A stretch of DNA of 62,954 nt, counting the filler, from Asterionella formosa (taxonomy: Eukaryota): the NCBI GenBank assembly GCA_002256025.1. It is 12 parts of 12 records of this genome, joined end to end, with 100 filler letters (N's around TTAATTAATTAA, not from the genome) between each part and the next. Parts side by side here need not be neighbours in the genome. Positions count along the whole stretch, not along the records: positions 50,722 to 52,163 come from NKIB01002428.1; positions 52,264 to 53,711 come from NKIB01002429.1; positions 53,812 to 55,252 come from NKIB01002430.1; positions 55,353 to 56,793 come from NKIB01002431.1; positions 56,894 to 58,334 come from NKIB01002432.1; positions 58,435 to 59,874 come from NKIB01002433.1; positions 59,975 to 61,414 come from NKIB01002434.1; positions 61,515 to 62,954 come from NKIB01002435.1; 4 more parts are not named here. One strand, given 5' to 3'. The first letter of the stretch is position 1, and every line of letters begins with the position of its first letter. A program made the position numbers and the translations under genes. The notes under the pieces are model-generated. The model had not been told where the DNA came from. It saw only the letters and a program-made list of their open reading frames with translations, and ran no database searches. Of the stretch, positions 51,011-62,954 are shown piece by piece.

Positions 51011-52140
51011 CCGTGTAGGGTGTAGGTGAAAAAATCCTGGCTGTGACATGTAAATGATTAGAAGCATTGATCCATTATGAATCAACGGAATACCATCTTA
51101 TTCGGTACTATCTTCCAATGAGATGAGTGGTTCTTAGGTATTGATTTCTCCAATATTGATGAAGTTATTGACAAATCAGCAGTGGTAACAATCATCACCG
51201 TGTAGGGTGTAGGTGAAAAAATCCGGGCTGTGACATGTAAATGATGTCTGACAATACTTTCAATGGCACACTTCCCACAGAGATTGGACTCTTGACAAGT
51301 CTCAATTATCTAGATGCATTCAATGGATCAGTTCCTCAAGATTTCTAAGTACTGATGACATAATAGTGGTCCATATGTGTTATCCACAGAATGCTACTAG
51401 GGTTAGATAAAATATGTAGGCAAGATTGGACTCTTGACAATATTTACTGATCTATATTTGTTGAACAATACTTTCACTGGCACAGGACTATTGACAATTT
51501 TTACTGATCTACCGGTATATTTGTTGAACAATACTTTTTTCCTTTGGAGATGTAGCCCCTTGATGTTTTGGAATTAGAGTCTGAGGGTTCTGTCCTCTAT
51601 GGCTATGGGTTTGTCTCCCCATGTGATTTGAGACTCTATGTCTGGATTTCTTGTTGTTGCCTGTATCTTTGATTGTAACCTTTGGCTGGTTGTCTTGCGC
51701 TTTTCTGAGTTTTGTTGTGAATTGCTTTGTTATCTTTTGTGATTTGTTTTCTTGGTTTCTCAGTTGTGTTTTATCTGTGTGTAACCATGGGACCTGCCCT
51801 GATTGTGTGTGTTCTGCTACTTGGATCTTAGTCGGTACTATCTTCCAATGAGTTGAGTGTTTCTTAGGTATGGATTGCTTCAATATTGATGAAGATATTG
51901 ACAAATCAGTAGTGGTAATAATCATCACCGCCCGTGTAGGGTGTAGGTGAAAAAATCCGGGCTGTGACATGTAAATGATGAGTAGCATTGATCCATTGTA
52001 TATCAACGGAATACCATCTATTCGGTACTATCTTCCAATGAGTTGAGTGTTTCTGAGGTATGGATTGCTCCAATATTGATGAAGTTATTGACAAATAAGT
52101 AGTGGTAACAATCATCACCGTGTACTAGTGTGTAGGCGAA
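51011..52140 (+). pseudogene. Rearranged, repeated remnants of an LRR-protein gene
   Basis: NTFNGTLPTEIGLLTSLNYLDAFNGSVPQ at 51253-51340 and further IGLLT..L.NNTFTG pieces. A ~190-bp unit repeats at 51011 and 51933, with partial copies at 51198 and 51826. Confidence 0.7.
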
Positions 52141-53811
52141 ATACTGGAAATTCAATTAGGTTANNNNNNNNNNNNNNNNNNNNNNNNNNNNNNNNNNNNN
52201 NNNNNNNTTAATTAATTAANNNNNNNNNNNNNNNNNNNNNNNNNNNNNNNNNNNNNNNNNNNNCTGAAGGCTAACCAACTATCAGTAAGCACTTGGCAGT
52301 GTGTGTTCCCATCAAACAGAACACAATTAGGGAAACACTATTTCTCACACACTCCTCATGATGAGTTTCAAGTAGTAACCATGGTACCAGTCAAAAACTG
52401 CTTAAGACCACTATGAACTGCTTAGACCACTATAACGGGGTAATCTTACATTTTGTACTACAAACTTTTTCAATTTTAGCAATACGACAATATTTACTAT
52501 GAACAAGTCATTTGTTTCACGCATCTACATAAAGGATGTCTTAACGCCCGATCGATGTTGTGTTCCAGTTGGTGAGATAAACGACTTCGAAAATGTTGAG
52601 TGAGGCACATCGGAAGAAAATAAAATTACCTCGTTTAGCTGGGCCGACATTTTATATTCATATACGATATCAAATAATGTTTTATACTCCAAATTAATAT
52701 AGCTTCCTTTAACGCTTTTCTTGAGGTGGATTATAATTACGGCGCGATTGTGTGCGACATCCCAATGTAAACATGCACACTAGTTCACACTTCACACCAT
52801 AGCAATTTAGTGATTTTTTACTGTCAACATAGATGCATCCTGAAATGCTCTCGAGACCATCACAATATACCACATTTTCATTTCTCCGGATCTTACAACT
52901 TAGTATAATGAACCGAAGAAGTACCAAACCTCGAGCAAGTACAGAGTTATTTTTAAGTCTCTAGATAAGGATTTAGTAAAGCTTGTTCTAAACAACAATG
53001 TCAGAGAAGTAGACGTTAGAAAGGCTAGCGGTGGAGGAGTTGTTTTACCAAGTGGCGCTATTGCTATCTAGATTATTAGTAGCAGACAAAGTTGACACAA
53101 TAACGTGGCTAACAAAAGACATGGTGAAGTACCCTTTGAAGAAATTGAATAATGACAGCAAAGATCTAGTAGTAGGGGGTTTGAATTCTATAGTGCTATT
53201 GGATTGTTCCCCAGCAGAACGAATCGAAACTAGCAGTACACTTACCTTTGGAACCAGAGCCACCACTACTGCATCGTCCACTTTGACACCAGATACATGT
53301 AATGCAGATAAACACAGCAGTGAGAGAAACAATAATCTAGCCGATAGACCGGAACAGCATGAGACTCAACAAACACAACCTTCCGGTGAGAAGGGGGGGA
53401 ACAAATACAAACGAAAAAAGTGTTCCATTGAGACCATGAAACTTGCTCCAGCACCACAAGCATGTGGTGGGCATCAATCTTGATAAGATGACTTGCCAGT
53501 TGGCGCTATTGGCGATCGCGCAAAATAAATGGTTCATGTGGTGGCTGGACGCTTTAAACTGGGAACGGAAGCACTGGACGATAAGACTAGGAGAAAAGAA
53601 GAGCAGAGTAGAAGGAGAGTGAGAAAGCGAATAAGAAAGTTATGGATTATAAAGCAACATTGAACGAGGTGCAAGCGATCAGAGCACTCAACAAACGGGC
53701 ACACAAATGGANNNNNNNNNNNNNNNNNNNNNNNNNNNNNNNNNNNNNNNNNNNNTTAATTAATTAANNNNNNNNNNNNNNNNNNNNNNNNNNNNNNNNN
53801 NNNNNNNNNNN

Positions 53812-54240
53812 TTCTATGGTTCAAGATTTCCTCGACCTATGGTGTCCCCTCGATTTAGAGATAAGGCAGTGTCGAGCAATACTGGGCCTGTTGAGAAAGT
53901 GCTTTCTCTTCTTTCGACGCAGTTGCTTCACAAGGCTATTCGAACTGATACTGATAACCTGCAGCAGCAACAACAACAACAACCACAACAGCAACAAAAC
54001 ATGATGAACATGATCATGATGTCAATCATAGCATCGTTATTGAATTGTGGGGTACCTCTCACAACTACCTCCACTGACAGTGCTGATCCCATTAAGGCAG
54101 TAATTAATTCAATTATTGCTTCGAACATGATTTCAATACAGCAAATAATGCAAAGCCAAAATCTAAATTCAACAGCAGCCAGGTTCCAATGCACAACAAA
54201 CTTTGTCTGCCTCAACTCAATGTCAAACACCAAAAAATAA
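53812..54240 (+). other. Gln/Met-rich ORF end convergent with the Harbinger pseudogene (possible accessory ORF remnant)
   Basis: Poly-Q then MMNMIMMSIIASLLN. A similar stretch recurs at 58435-58490. Tail-to-tail with the transposase. Confidence 0.35.
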
Positions 54241-54369
54241 CAGTGGTACTAGTAGTAGTGATGATGAATAACCTTAAACTAATTCATTCCTAATTCATTC
54301 TAATAGAATATGAAAGAAGTGGTAGTAAATAATCATGAATGAATAAATTCTATGAATTACATAGCATAT

Positions 54370-55130
54370 CTATTTGTATTCCTATGCCAATAGGGCATAT
54401 ACACTGAAGCAATTTGGTTCTGACCAACTTTGCTAGCACGAAAGTTGTAAAGCAATACAATCATTTGGAGTGTTAAATTTTCTCTCGCCTTTTTTCATAA
54501 CGAAATTTGTCTTTGATTCTCGGAAATGATCCCTGAAGGCATCGCATTCCCCATTCCGACAACTGTTGGATTGAGGTGGCTTGGCGATTCATACCAAATC
54601 TTTGTCGAGGATTACCATTTGCATCAACATTTTTATGATTTGATTTCTTAGATGCAAATGCTGAATTCACAACTACGTTTTTACCTGTATCCATGTAAAC
54701 TTTTTCAATCTGATCATTGGTCGATGACGAAATTGCCATGGTGGAGTCATGGAGAACACCAGCCAGGTGCATTGAAATATGAGTAGCGAATTTTGCCATC
54801 AGGCGAAAAAAGAAACAAGTTTGTCACATAATGTTCATGAGTCCATCCATTGTAGAAGTTGTTCTGCTGTGTTTCATTTCCAGCCTGTTGCAGGGTCAGT
54901 CTCAGAACATCCATTGCTCCCCAACAATTTGTTATAAGCGGTTATTCTGATTGATCATGGTTGCAGACAAGGGGGCTTCGTCTGCAGTAGGTAGTCTCAC
55001 AATGGCATCTTCATGTCATGTCAGCAGTACTTTTACAATCATTTGCCTTGAAAACCTCAACCAAACACTCAAAGAACCATGAGTTAATCCGAAAATAATC
55101 TGAAGAATCAAATAGGAACCATGAGATCTA
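54370..55130 (-). pseudogene. Decayed Harbinger-type transposase of a second family
   Basis: Fragments FGLTHGSLSVWLRF, NCWGAMD, NFYNGWTHEHYVTNLFLFSPDGK, GVLHDS, QLSEWGMRCLQGSFPR and LLYNFRASKVGQNQI. Frameshifts. Confidence 0.85.
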
Positions 55131-55352
55131 AAATATCTCTATTATCAGAGCGCAAGGACGATATTATGTAGCAAATCACCAAAATAATTTGTGTTATAAA
55201 AGTTAGTATGTTTTATAGCCCATTCGTGCTCCCCTCTCCTTTCAAGGCAAGTNNNNNNNNNNNNNNNNNNNNNNNNNNNNNNNNNNNNNNNNNNNNTTAA
55301 TTAATTAANNNNNNNNNNNNNNNNNNNNNNNNNNNNNNNNNNNNNNNNNNNN

Positions 55353-55550
55353 TACAGCGCCAGAGTCCAATGGAATACCAGCAGAGTTCAGGGGCCATAT
55401 CTCCAAAAGTACTTGGTCAAAGCAAAGGAGATTGGCTTCTTATTTGCCCGCAAATTTGATTCCACTGACCGGGGGTCAGCACAGCTTCGAACGTGGATTC
55501 GGAAATACTTACACCCAAAGCACAATGGTCCTTATAAGTTACAGAATTAA
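55353..55550 (+). CDS. 3' end of a probable GT14 (core-2/I-branching, xylosyltransferase-like) glycosyltransferase
   Basis: Open frame from the spacer to TAA, containing FLFARKFD. Confidence 0.6.
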   Translation, partial: YSARVQWNTSRVQGPYLQKYLVKAKEIGFLFARKFDSTDRGSAQLRTWIRKYLHPKHNGPYKLQN

Positions 55551-56722
55551 AAACAAATGACACAGGTTGCAGGTCACTATTAGCTAATAGTAAGATGATG
55601 AGGCCAAGTGGATAATTCGAATATTGTTTCTAGGGCTGTTGCACATAAGTAGTGATCTCAAGTACACGTTTCCCCATACTGGGCATAAACCCTAACTATC
55701 TAAGCATTGTATTCGGAATGCACAATTATGTGATTTTTTCCTTGTGCAGGCTATCGTTTCTTTCATCCCAAGCACGTGTAACCAGAGAACATATTTTGGT
55801 TGAGGCTAGTTTTGAAAACTGCCTACTTTTTCGGGAGTTGGTGTAGGATCATCTGTGAAGCTGCTCACATCATTTGTTCTTTATTTAGGTTCCCTCACAA
55901 CATTTACTTGGCTCCAAGCCGGTTTTGATGTCTGATGTCCTTTCAGAGAATCGATTAGCTCCTTTGCATAGTGCAGGGTGCAAAGCAGAGATTGACTGGT
56001 TGGCCGGAGTTTTTTTAAATAAGAATTTGGGACGGATAATTGAGCCAGACTGGAGAAATATTATTCCTCACTCTTACTTTACCCATTTTAGATCGCATTG
56101 TAGTAAGGTGCATGTTTCTGGTGTATTCAGTTTTCTTGTGTTTGCATAGAACCAATTATTTGTTTGTCTTGTTCAGAGAGCAGTGGGGCATAGTGCTAAG
56201 GAGGCGAGTCACCAAAGTGAATCAACTTTCTGAGGTCATCAGTGGCTGGGGAGTCAACCATGAATGTACTTTGTTATGGTTATCTATTGTTTTGTGTTTA
56301 TGAATTGAAGGCCATACTATTTAACCCTTTTTTTCTATGTAATTGTAAAAGCCGTCTTTTACCGCAAAACCATTGGTGGTACACCCTTCCTATGTACCAA
56401 TTACGGTACCGTACCAGTTGTATGGTTGTCTGGATGACGATTTGAACTCCCGTTACCTGGTACCACATACTCCGAGTACCGGTACCAGGGTACCTGGTAC
56501 CAGGGGTACCAGCGTTTGTTGTTCCATCCACAAACAGGAATAAGGAGTCCCATGTATTTGGAATTCCGTGGATCGGTCACCTTCATTCACAAACCCGAGC
56601 CCTTGATCAGTGGCTCACACGACAACAGGTTACGACTACTAATACCACCAGGAAAGATTTATGATAGAGTATTTCTGTTTGGCTGTGAAATAAAATACCC
56701 TGTGCGTATCCTCACCAGCACC

Positions 56723-56793
56723 ATGGCGTCCCTTCCACCCGCTCTCGACTTCGCCAAGATGGAGGAAGGCATCTGCGAAAAGTGGGCAGCTGA
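56723..56793 (+). CDS. 5' end of probable cytosolic isoleucyl-tRNA synthetase, cut by the spacer
   Basis: ACCATGG context. MASLPPALDFAKMEEGICEKW fits the eukaryotic IleRS start pattern (F...EE.I...W). Only 23 codons are visible. Confidence 0.55.
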
Positions 56794-56893
56794 NNNNNNN
56801 NNNNNNNNNNNNNNNNNNNNNNNNNNNNNNNNNNNNNTTAATTAATTAANNNNNNNNNNNNNNNNNNNNNNNNNNNNNNNNNNNNNNNNNNNN

Positions 56894-58334
56894 TTACACA
56901 TTTTTGTAAACTTTTTCAACACATTGTGGTGATCGGAAGTATGTACCTGGACACCATAGACACTTTTGCCACACTTCCAGATCAGATCAATTGCAGGAAA
57001 ATTGCAGTTTTTGGGTACATACATTCCATCCTCATCCATGATTTTTGGCAACACATTTGAGGGAAAGATCCCCTTGGAGGGAAAGAGTTCAATGAGATTG
57101 CATTCCTTCAAAGAAGGTAATTCCTTCGAAGAAGGTAATCCCTTCAAAGTAACATCAGCCTTGAGTGAACACCGGTTGATCACAATGAGTTCGAAAATCC
57201 GACCACGAGCATCATTTGTCAATTTAGGGTTGGCACAGACACACAAAAGTTCTTTCTCATCGTCATTGACAGAAGCCATGATAGCTTTCCAAAAATAACG
57301 TCGATAGCCTATTATCACCACAGGAAACAAAGGCTCATATTTATCAGCCTGTTCCACCTCATCAGGAACTGAATTATCGCTGGCATATTCTACTGCATCC
57401 TTTTTGGGAATTGAATCTTTCCTGTCATGTTCTATTGCATCCTTAACAGGAATTGAATATTTCCTGTCATATTCCATTTGATCTCCTGTAGTTGACAAAA
57501 CACAAGCAACAGCAGATTTGGTGATGCGATCAAATTTCGTTTTTGTTTTCGTTTCTTTCAAATGGTCAAGCGAACTTAGAATTATGCGCAATTCAGCATT
57601 TTCATATTTAGGGATAGAAAAGTTAGAAGAAATTAATTTCATCACCTGCCAGGGCACCCCACCAGTCACCTCCAAGATCCTTGCGCGGTCATTTCGTGTA
57701 TCCAAAACCTTAAATGCGAGCGTTAATTCTTCCCAATCCATTTGGCAAGGGTGATTGTATTCATCAAACCCTAGATGTCTTTCCTTGTAGGCAATCTCGT
57801 TGTTTGCTGAAGCTGAAACGATGGAGACAATTTGACCTCCCTGCATTATTTTATCGATGGCAATAAAAGGAAAGCGAAGCGTACCAAGATCTCTGGCTTC
57901 CTTTTGCCCTGGCCGAGCAAACAATCTGTTGATCTGATCGAAAACCAGGACCCATTTCTTCCCCATACTTCGAAGAATCAAGTCAATGGCATTGACAAAA
58001 GTGTTGAGGTGTGTCGATTTCGAAACCAAACCTGAGCTGCTCGACCACGAGAGAGCCGATAATGACGTACCAAATGAACTGCAGATCGCTGTGTACAAAT
58101 CGTCAACGTCTTCCCATTTGTCACAGTCTGGAATGAAAGTTACGAGGTACTTGCAGCTACTACCATATTGCAGTTTCCGAACCAAGTTGACAAGAGAGTG
58201 CGACTTGCCGATTCCATGCGGTCCCTTAATCATGATTCCAGTTGGACCACCTTTTTCGAAGGCATATTCAACCGCTTTCGTCATATCCTTCACAATTTTA
58301 GGGCGATATAAGATTCCCCGACTCTTACAATCAT
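56894..58334 (-). CDS. Crinkler/RHS-type P-loop NTPase + PD-(D/E)xK restriction-endonuclease-fold protein, both ends cut by spacers
   Basis: Walker A GPHGIGKS, Walker B LVFDQ, TGGVP, then RGRIFE...YVPKNCNFPAIDLIW...GVQVH nuclease motif. Uninterrupted frame. Confidence 0.8.
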
Positions 58335-58811
58335 NNNNNNNNNNNNNNNNNNNNNNNNNNNNNNNNNNNNNNNNNNNNTTAATTAATTAANNNNNNNNNN
58401 NNNNNNNNNNNNNNNNNNNNNNNNNNNNNNNNNNAGAACATGATGAACATGGCTGATGATGGTGTCAATCATGGCATCATTGTTGAATCCCACACAAGGT
58501 AATCAGAGCATCATCATGCTTGCTAGTACAACGGATAACCCTAACCCTTCTAAAATTTATGATTGCGAGCAAAAAACCTTGCTGTTTTGTGTCCACAATG
58601 GCCATCATTGAACGTCGCTTTTCTTTAGACCGCATTGCGATCTTGCGGATCCAACTCCGATTCGAGATTCACAATCATCTTTACTAATAGAATGAGTCGA
58701 TGGATCCACGAGGTCACTCATTCTCATTTAATTTTGAGCTATTTTAATTTTATCTGTTCAGAAAGTTCCTACCAACAGAAATGAATTCCAATCGAGCTCC
58801 TGGGTGACCAC

Positions 58812-59874
58812 ATGCACCTGAGATCCAATGTCGAAGATGACATGAAGTTCACAAAGACTATTTTGACAAGAAAGATTTTTATAATTCATAGAAAGACAGA
58901 AAGAGAGGCAAATAAAGTGGTTCTGGCGGAAAATCTTCTGGTTTACATGTATTGGCATGGTCATCGTGAGAAAGGAAGCGGTCGGCGTGAGTTTTTGTAC
59001 CTGAAAATGGAAGGAGGAGTCAAGCCCCAGTTTCCATCTGGAAAGAATGCATCTTTGTGGGTGGATACATGTGTTGCAAGGCGATTGTGTGGTGGGAGGA
59101 AGGATGGCAATGTAGTAATTGATGAAATTTTCACAAAGGTGATGACACCTTCTGCCAATAAAAGAAAATGCGACTTTGGTGAAGAAGCAAGGAATAGTGA
59201 CAATACAGCAGATGATTCTCGTCGTTCTGACTCACTTTATGATATCAATCAACCTCATGTTCCTGGATTTGTCGATTGGTGGACTTCTGGCGATGCCGCC
59301 TCCTTTTTGCGCCATTTGCCAAATACAACAATTATTGCAATGTGAATGGACGTTGTCATGGACAGAATTGAACTATTTGAGTCGGTGAATCAGAATTCAA
59401 GCAATTGGAAACTTGTTGTTGAGGAAGGGGATAAGGAAAATACATGCAGCTCCAATGATATATTTATGATTCAACAAAGATGTATGTATTTGGTGATTGC
59501 ATCGCACAAGTTTGTAAATGAAGAACAAACTGGAATGAGATGGACATGGAAGAAGTGCATCATGCACTCTATGAGTGAAATGAACGATGTTGGTGTTGAA
59601 GTCTACACTAACTGGCAACCTTTACAGCGATGGCATCGTCGAATTGTTACTAGGTTCAACAATACTTTCTTGAAGGCACCATCTGTCAAGCAATTAATGC
59701 CACCATTTTCCGGGAGCACCCAGATGCTATGGATGCATTTAAAAGAAATGGAGTGGTTCACTTGAAGGAGCTGTCCATTGAATTGATGCATAGCTATGTG
59801 CATGATAGCTTGATTCCAGCGACAATGAAGAGTGGGACAGGCATTGTTTGACGAAGACACAACAAGCAACAACA
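58812..59874 (+). pseudogene. Decayed transposase-like N-terminal region
   Basis: Two long ORFs in the same frame separated by one TGA (59343-59345), then a frameshift. HTH-like LQRWHRR and ELSIELMHSYVHDSLIP. No catalytic domain is visible. Confidence 0.45.
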
Positions 59875-60597
59875 NNNNNNNNNNNNNNNNNNNNNNNNNN
59901 NNNNNNNNNNNNNNNNNNTTAATTAATTAANNNNNNNNNNNNNNNNNNNNNNNNNNNNNNNNNNNNNNNNNNNNTGATCAACTCCTTAGGGACATGGGCT
60001 TGAATCCACATCGAAAGGGGAATCCAATATCAGAATACCTTATGCCGTACGAACCGGCCGATTACGATGGAATCATTGGCAAATGAGTCCAAAGTGAGTA
60101 GCGATGTTTTGCCTGTCCTTTTATTGCACTGTGTAACAACCACTTGATGTTTTACCATACCTAGTGACTTAATAGTTGGTTTATGCAGAGTAGCTAGCTC
60201 TTATTGTATAAAGCCTTCTTTCTGTGACAAGCTTCTGAGGGAAAAAGGAGGGAGGTACCAACGTCAATGCTAGGCACAACTTCTTCGATATATCTTTCTC
60301 TAAGGGTCGTTCTTATCATTTTTTTTCGTGTATCACGGAATTTGAATTTTTTTGAAAATGTATCAGCAACGGTAACTCGATTTGAACTGAATTTCATTCA
60401 TTCCAAAAGTGTCACTGTATCACTAATTTGTGATCACATTGTATCATGGAGTAACATGAATCTTCAACGGCAACTGGCTGGCGAAGATCATGTGTATATC
60501 CCTCCGGAATATAATGATGGTCTTGATATCAAGCAACAACAAAATATAATTACCGGGAAACTAAATATAATATTAAAAACACACATTTGCATGAATC

Positions 60598-61414
60598 ATG
60601 TCGTCGCCATTTGATTTACTTGATGATAATGACGATGACAGTAGTGATCTTGATTTCTTCTTCCTCTGTCATTTAGCTAAGGAAGCAGAGGAAAAAGAAC
60701 ACTCATCCAAACAACAAAGGCGACGCTGTAAACGGCAGCTTCAGTCATCTGAACGACGACGACAACGAAGGCACAAGTGGCACCACGAAAGAATCTCCTG
60801 GCAATCACATGTCGAGAAACTCAATCACGAGATTGCTTTCGAGAAGACATACAGAATGTCACACAGAGCATTCAAAAAACTCACCTCCATGCTGGAAATT
60901 CAGATTGCAGGGAATTATTCCAAATGTGGCACTTCTGAGCCCATAATTCCCGAAATTGTGGTAGCCATTGGTTTGCGATGGCTGGCTGGTGGCAGTTACA
61001 TCGACATTCGTCATGCCTACGGTTGTAGCATTGCTTCACTTTATCGATGTCGTGATTTGTTCATTGATGCTGTACTAAACTGTGGAGAACTCGAAATTGT
61101 TTTTCCAAAAGAAAAAGAAGAATTTATCAAATTGGCTTCCAGCTTTGAATGCAAAAGCTCAGAGGGCATGATGAGAGGATGTGTTGGTGCTATTGACGGC
61201 TTCCTAGCCACCATCAACCGCCCGACTATAGTTGAAAGTGGCAACAACCCTGGTTCATTTTTTTCCGGTCACTACATGACTTATGGAATCAATGTCCAGG
61301 CTGTTTGTGATGCTGACTCAAGATTTATTTATTTTGGTGTAATTGCACCGGGAAAATGCAGTGACCAAGTAGCTTTTGAACGAACTTCCATTTTCGATCG
61401 AGTTGCAGCATTCA
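60598..61414 (+). mobile_element. PIF/Harbinger transposase, copy 2 (cut by spacer)
   Basis: Near-identical to 47729-48784, including ~295 bp of upstream sequence (60303-60597 vs 48785-49079). Confidence 0.92.
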
Positions 61415-61514
61415 NNNNNNNNNNNNNNNNNNNNNNNNNNNNNNNNNNNNNNNNNNNNTTAATTAATTAANNNNNNNNNNNNNNNNNNNNNNNNNNNNNN
61501 NNNNNNNNNNNNNN

Positions 61515-62954
61515 AATAATTGCGCACATGATTGGTTGACCATTGGCTGCAGTGAATCCTAGGACAGTAAAGTGTGCATCTTTGGTCGAGGCCCGGATTT
61601 GAGGACGGCCACCTGCAATGCAAAGAAATTTTTCGCCACCAACGTTGCCATCTTTTGTTTGGGATGTATTGGAACCAACTTCGTCCACAAAGAGGAGACG
61701 GTCAGGTCTGATTAGCTCATATTCACTTGCTAACCCAAACGCTTCCTGCTCCTCAACTACTAACCCTTCTTTTGAGTACCATTGTTTGCTTGGGTTTTGT
61801 CTTGCAACTCCTCCAGCCACCATTTCTTTATAGACGTCTTTATACATTGACAAGAAGGACTGGTACGTACACCAATCTGCACGTTTGCTCTCAAACTTTA
61901 CTCCCTTCTTTGCTGTAACTAACTGTGCATTTCTTTTCATAAATCCTTTCCAATAGGATTTCCCAAGTTCAGGCTTTTTGTTGATTTGGAATGGAATGCA
62001 ATTTGTTTCTCTCCAATTGTTCACCTTTGCCATAGTTTCAGTACCAGCAATCAAAGAGTTGGCAAGCATCAGTCCTTCAGAAACAGAGATTGGGACCCTC
62101 ATTTTTGCAAGTTGTTGAATGAGTCCAACAAGGTAAGGTTCAATCTCGTTCATTGGTGATTGATGTCCATGTTTGCTAATATGATGCTGACCATTCTGAA
62201 CCTCACCACTCTTCTTTATTTTGATTGCTGCTCTGCTTCTGACTGTTTCAAAACTAACCTTCACATTAGCAGGTATTCCATTCCTTTCCTTGGCAGCATC
62301 AATGATCAAAGAAATTGTTCCTTTGGAGGTACATTTGCTGTTATTTTTGCTGTCTAGCATTTTATTCATGTACTCATCTGTTGCTTCACTCAATGCTTTT
62401 TGCATCTGGGATTTGTTGCTAATGGTGGCAGCAATGGTGGCACCTTTGGGCCGTCCACCAACAGTTGTATTACTCATTTCCTCCTTGTTTGTTTTCGTTG
62501 TGTTTGTATTTGCCTCCAAACTTCCCCAGGTAAGCACACCATTGTTTCCAGTTTCATATGCCAAAGTGCCCATTGTAAACTGACTATCATAATGCTCACT
62601 CACACCTTCATTGTTGTCATCTTCTTCCTCCTCGACAATTTCATATGAATTATGAATGAGATTGCTGGGAAATAACAAGGCAAAGCTGCCATCAGCATTC
62701 AAGAATTGGGTTTTAGTAGGGCCACAATGGTCAGGTGTCAATGTAGACACCATGGTTGCAGTTGATGGTTCAAAGAGGGATGAACCAGAAGTAGTATACA
62801 TAGTAGTACTAGACTTAACTTCTAGTTTAGCACTTCGTTTTAGTTCATTCTTCACTTGGTTAACAGATATCCAAGGGAAAATGCATTGCTTAGCTGATAC
62901 TGTCCTAGAAATAGCACCATTAGGCATTTTTCCACCATTGTTAGCCTTCTTAGC
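61515..62954 (-). mobile_element. pogo/Tigger-type transposase (CENP-B-like HTH + DDE_1), open frame cut at both ends
   Basis: SPMNEIEPYLV..QLAKMRVP, LGKSYWKGFMKRN, LLFVDEVG (first catalytic Asp) and HFTVLGFTAANGQPIMCAII. No stops across the contig. Confidence 0.88.

Noticed and set aside
51933..51975. TAGGGTGTAGGTGAAAAAATCCGGGCTGTGACATGTAA looks like part of a cobalamin riboswitch (also at 51011 and 51198)
   Set aside because: It lacks AGGGAA, the paired P4 stem, GCAACTGT and the B12 box. It lies in repeated remnants of an LRR gene on a contig unlinked to cobS-cobT.
53031..53483. 150-aa ORF on a small contig
   Set aside because: Non-ATG start, low complexity and no recognisable domain.

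Overview
Eukaryotic nuclear DNA, most likely a diatom or related stramenopile alga (short GT-AG introns, a PGRL1 fragment, a DUF6824-like domain, diatom-type LRR and sulfotransferase genes; the taxon is inferred). The window is not continuous. Eleven identical 100-bp spacers (44 N + TTAATTAATTAA + 44 N) join two ~23.7-kb contigs and ten ~1.44-kb contigs, so adjacency across spacers is meaningless. Contig 1 (1-23724) is gene dense: LRR protein, DUF676 lipase-like, sulfotransferase-like, PIG-A, an intronless CobS-CobT fusion (vitamin B12 lower-ligand salvage), a mitochondrial-carrier-fold protein with a signal peptide, eEF2 (ATG-only first coding exon, then a long structured intron) and a TrmJ/SpoU methyltransferase. 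Contig 2 (23825-47537) is mostly decayed transposon DNA with a few genes, a tRNA-Ala-derived element and a poly(A)-tailed structured element. The small contigs carry Harbinger and pogo transposases, a Crinkler-type NTPase+nuclease and gene fragments. The most unusual non-coding signal is a set of dense TACCGGTA/TACCAGGTA/GGTACC clusters beside genes. Comparing paralogous repeat copies shows these motifs arise as TA -> TA-CCGG-TA insertions, which is the form expected of accumulated excision footprints of TA-targeting Tc1/mariner-pogo elements.
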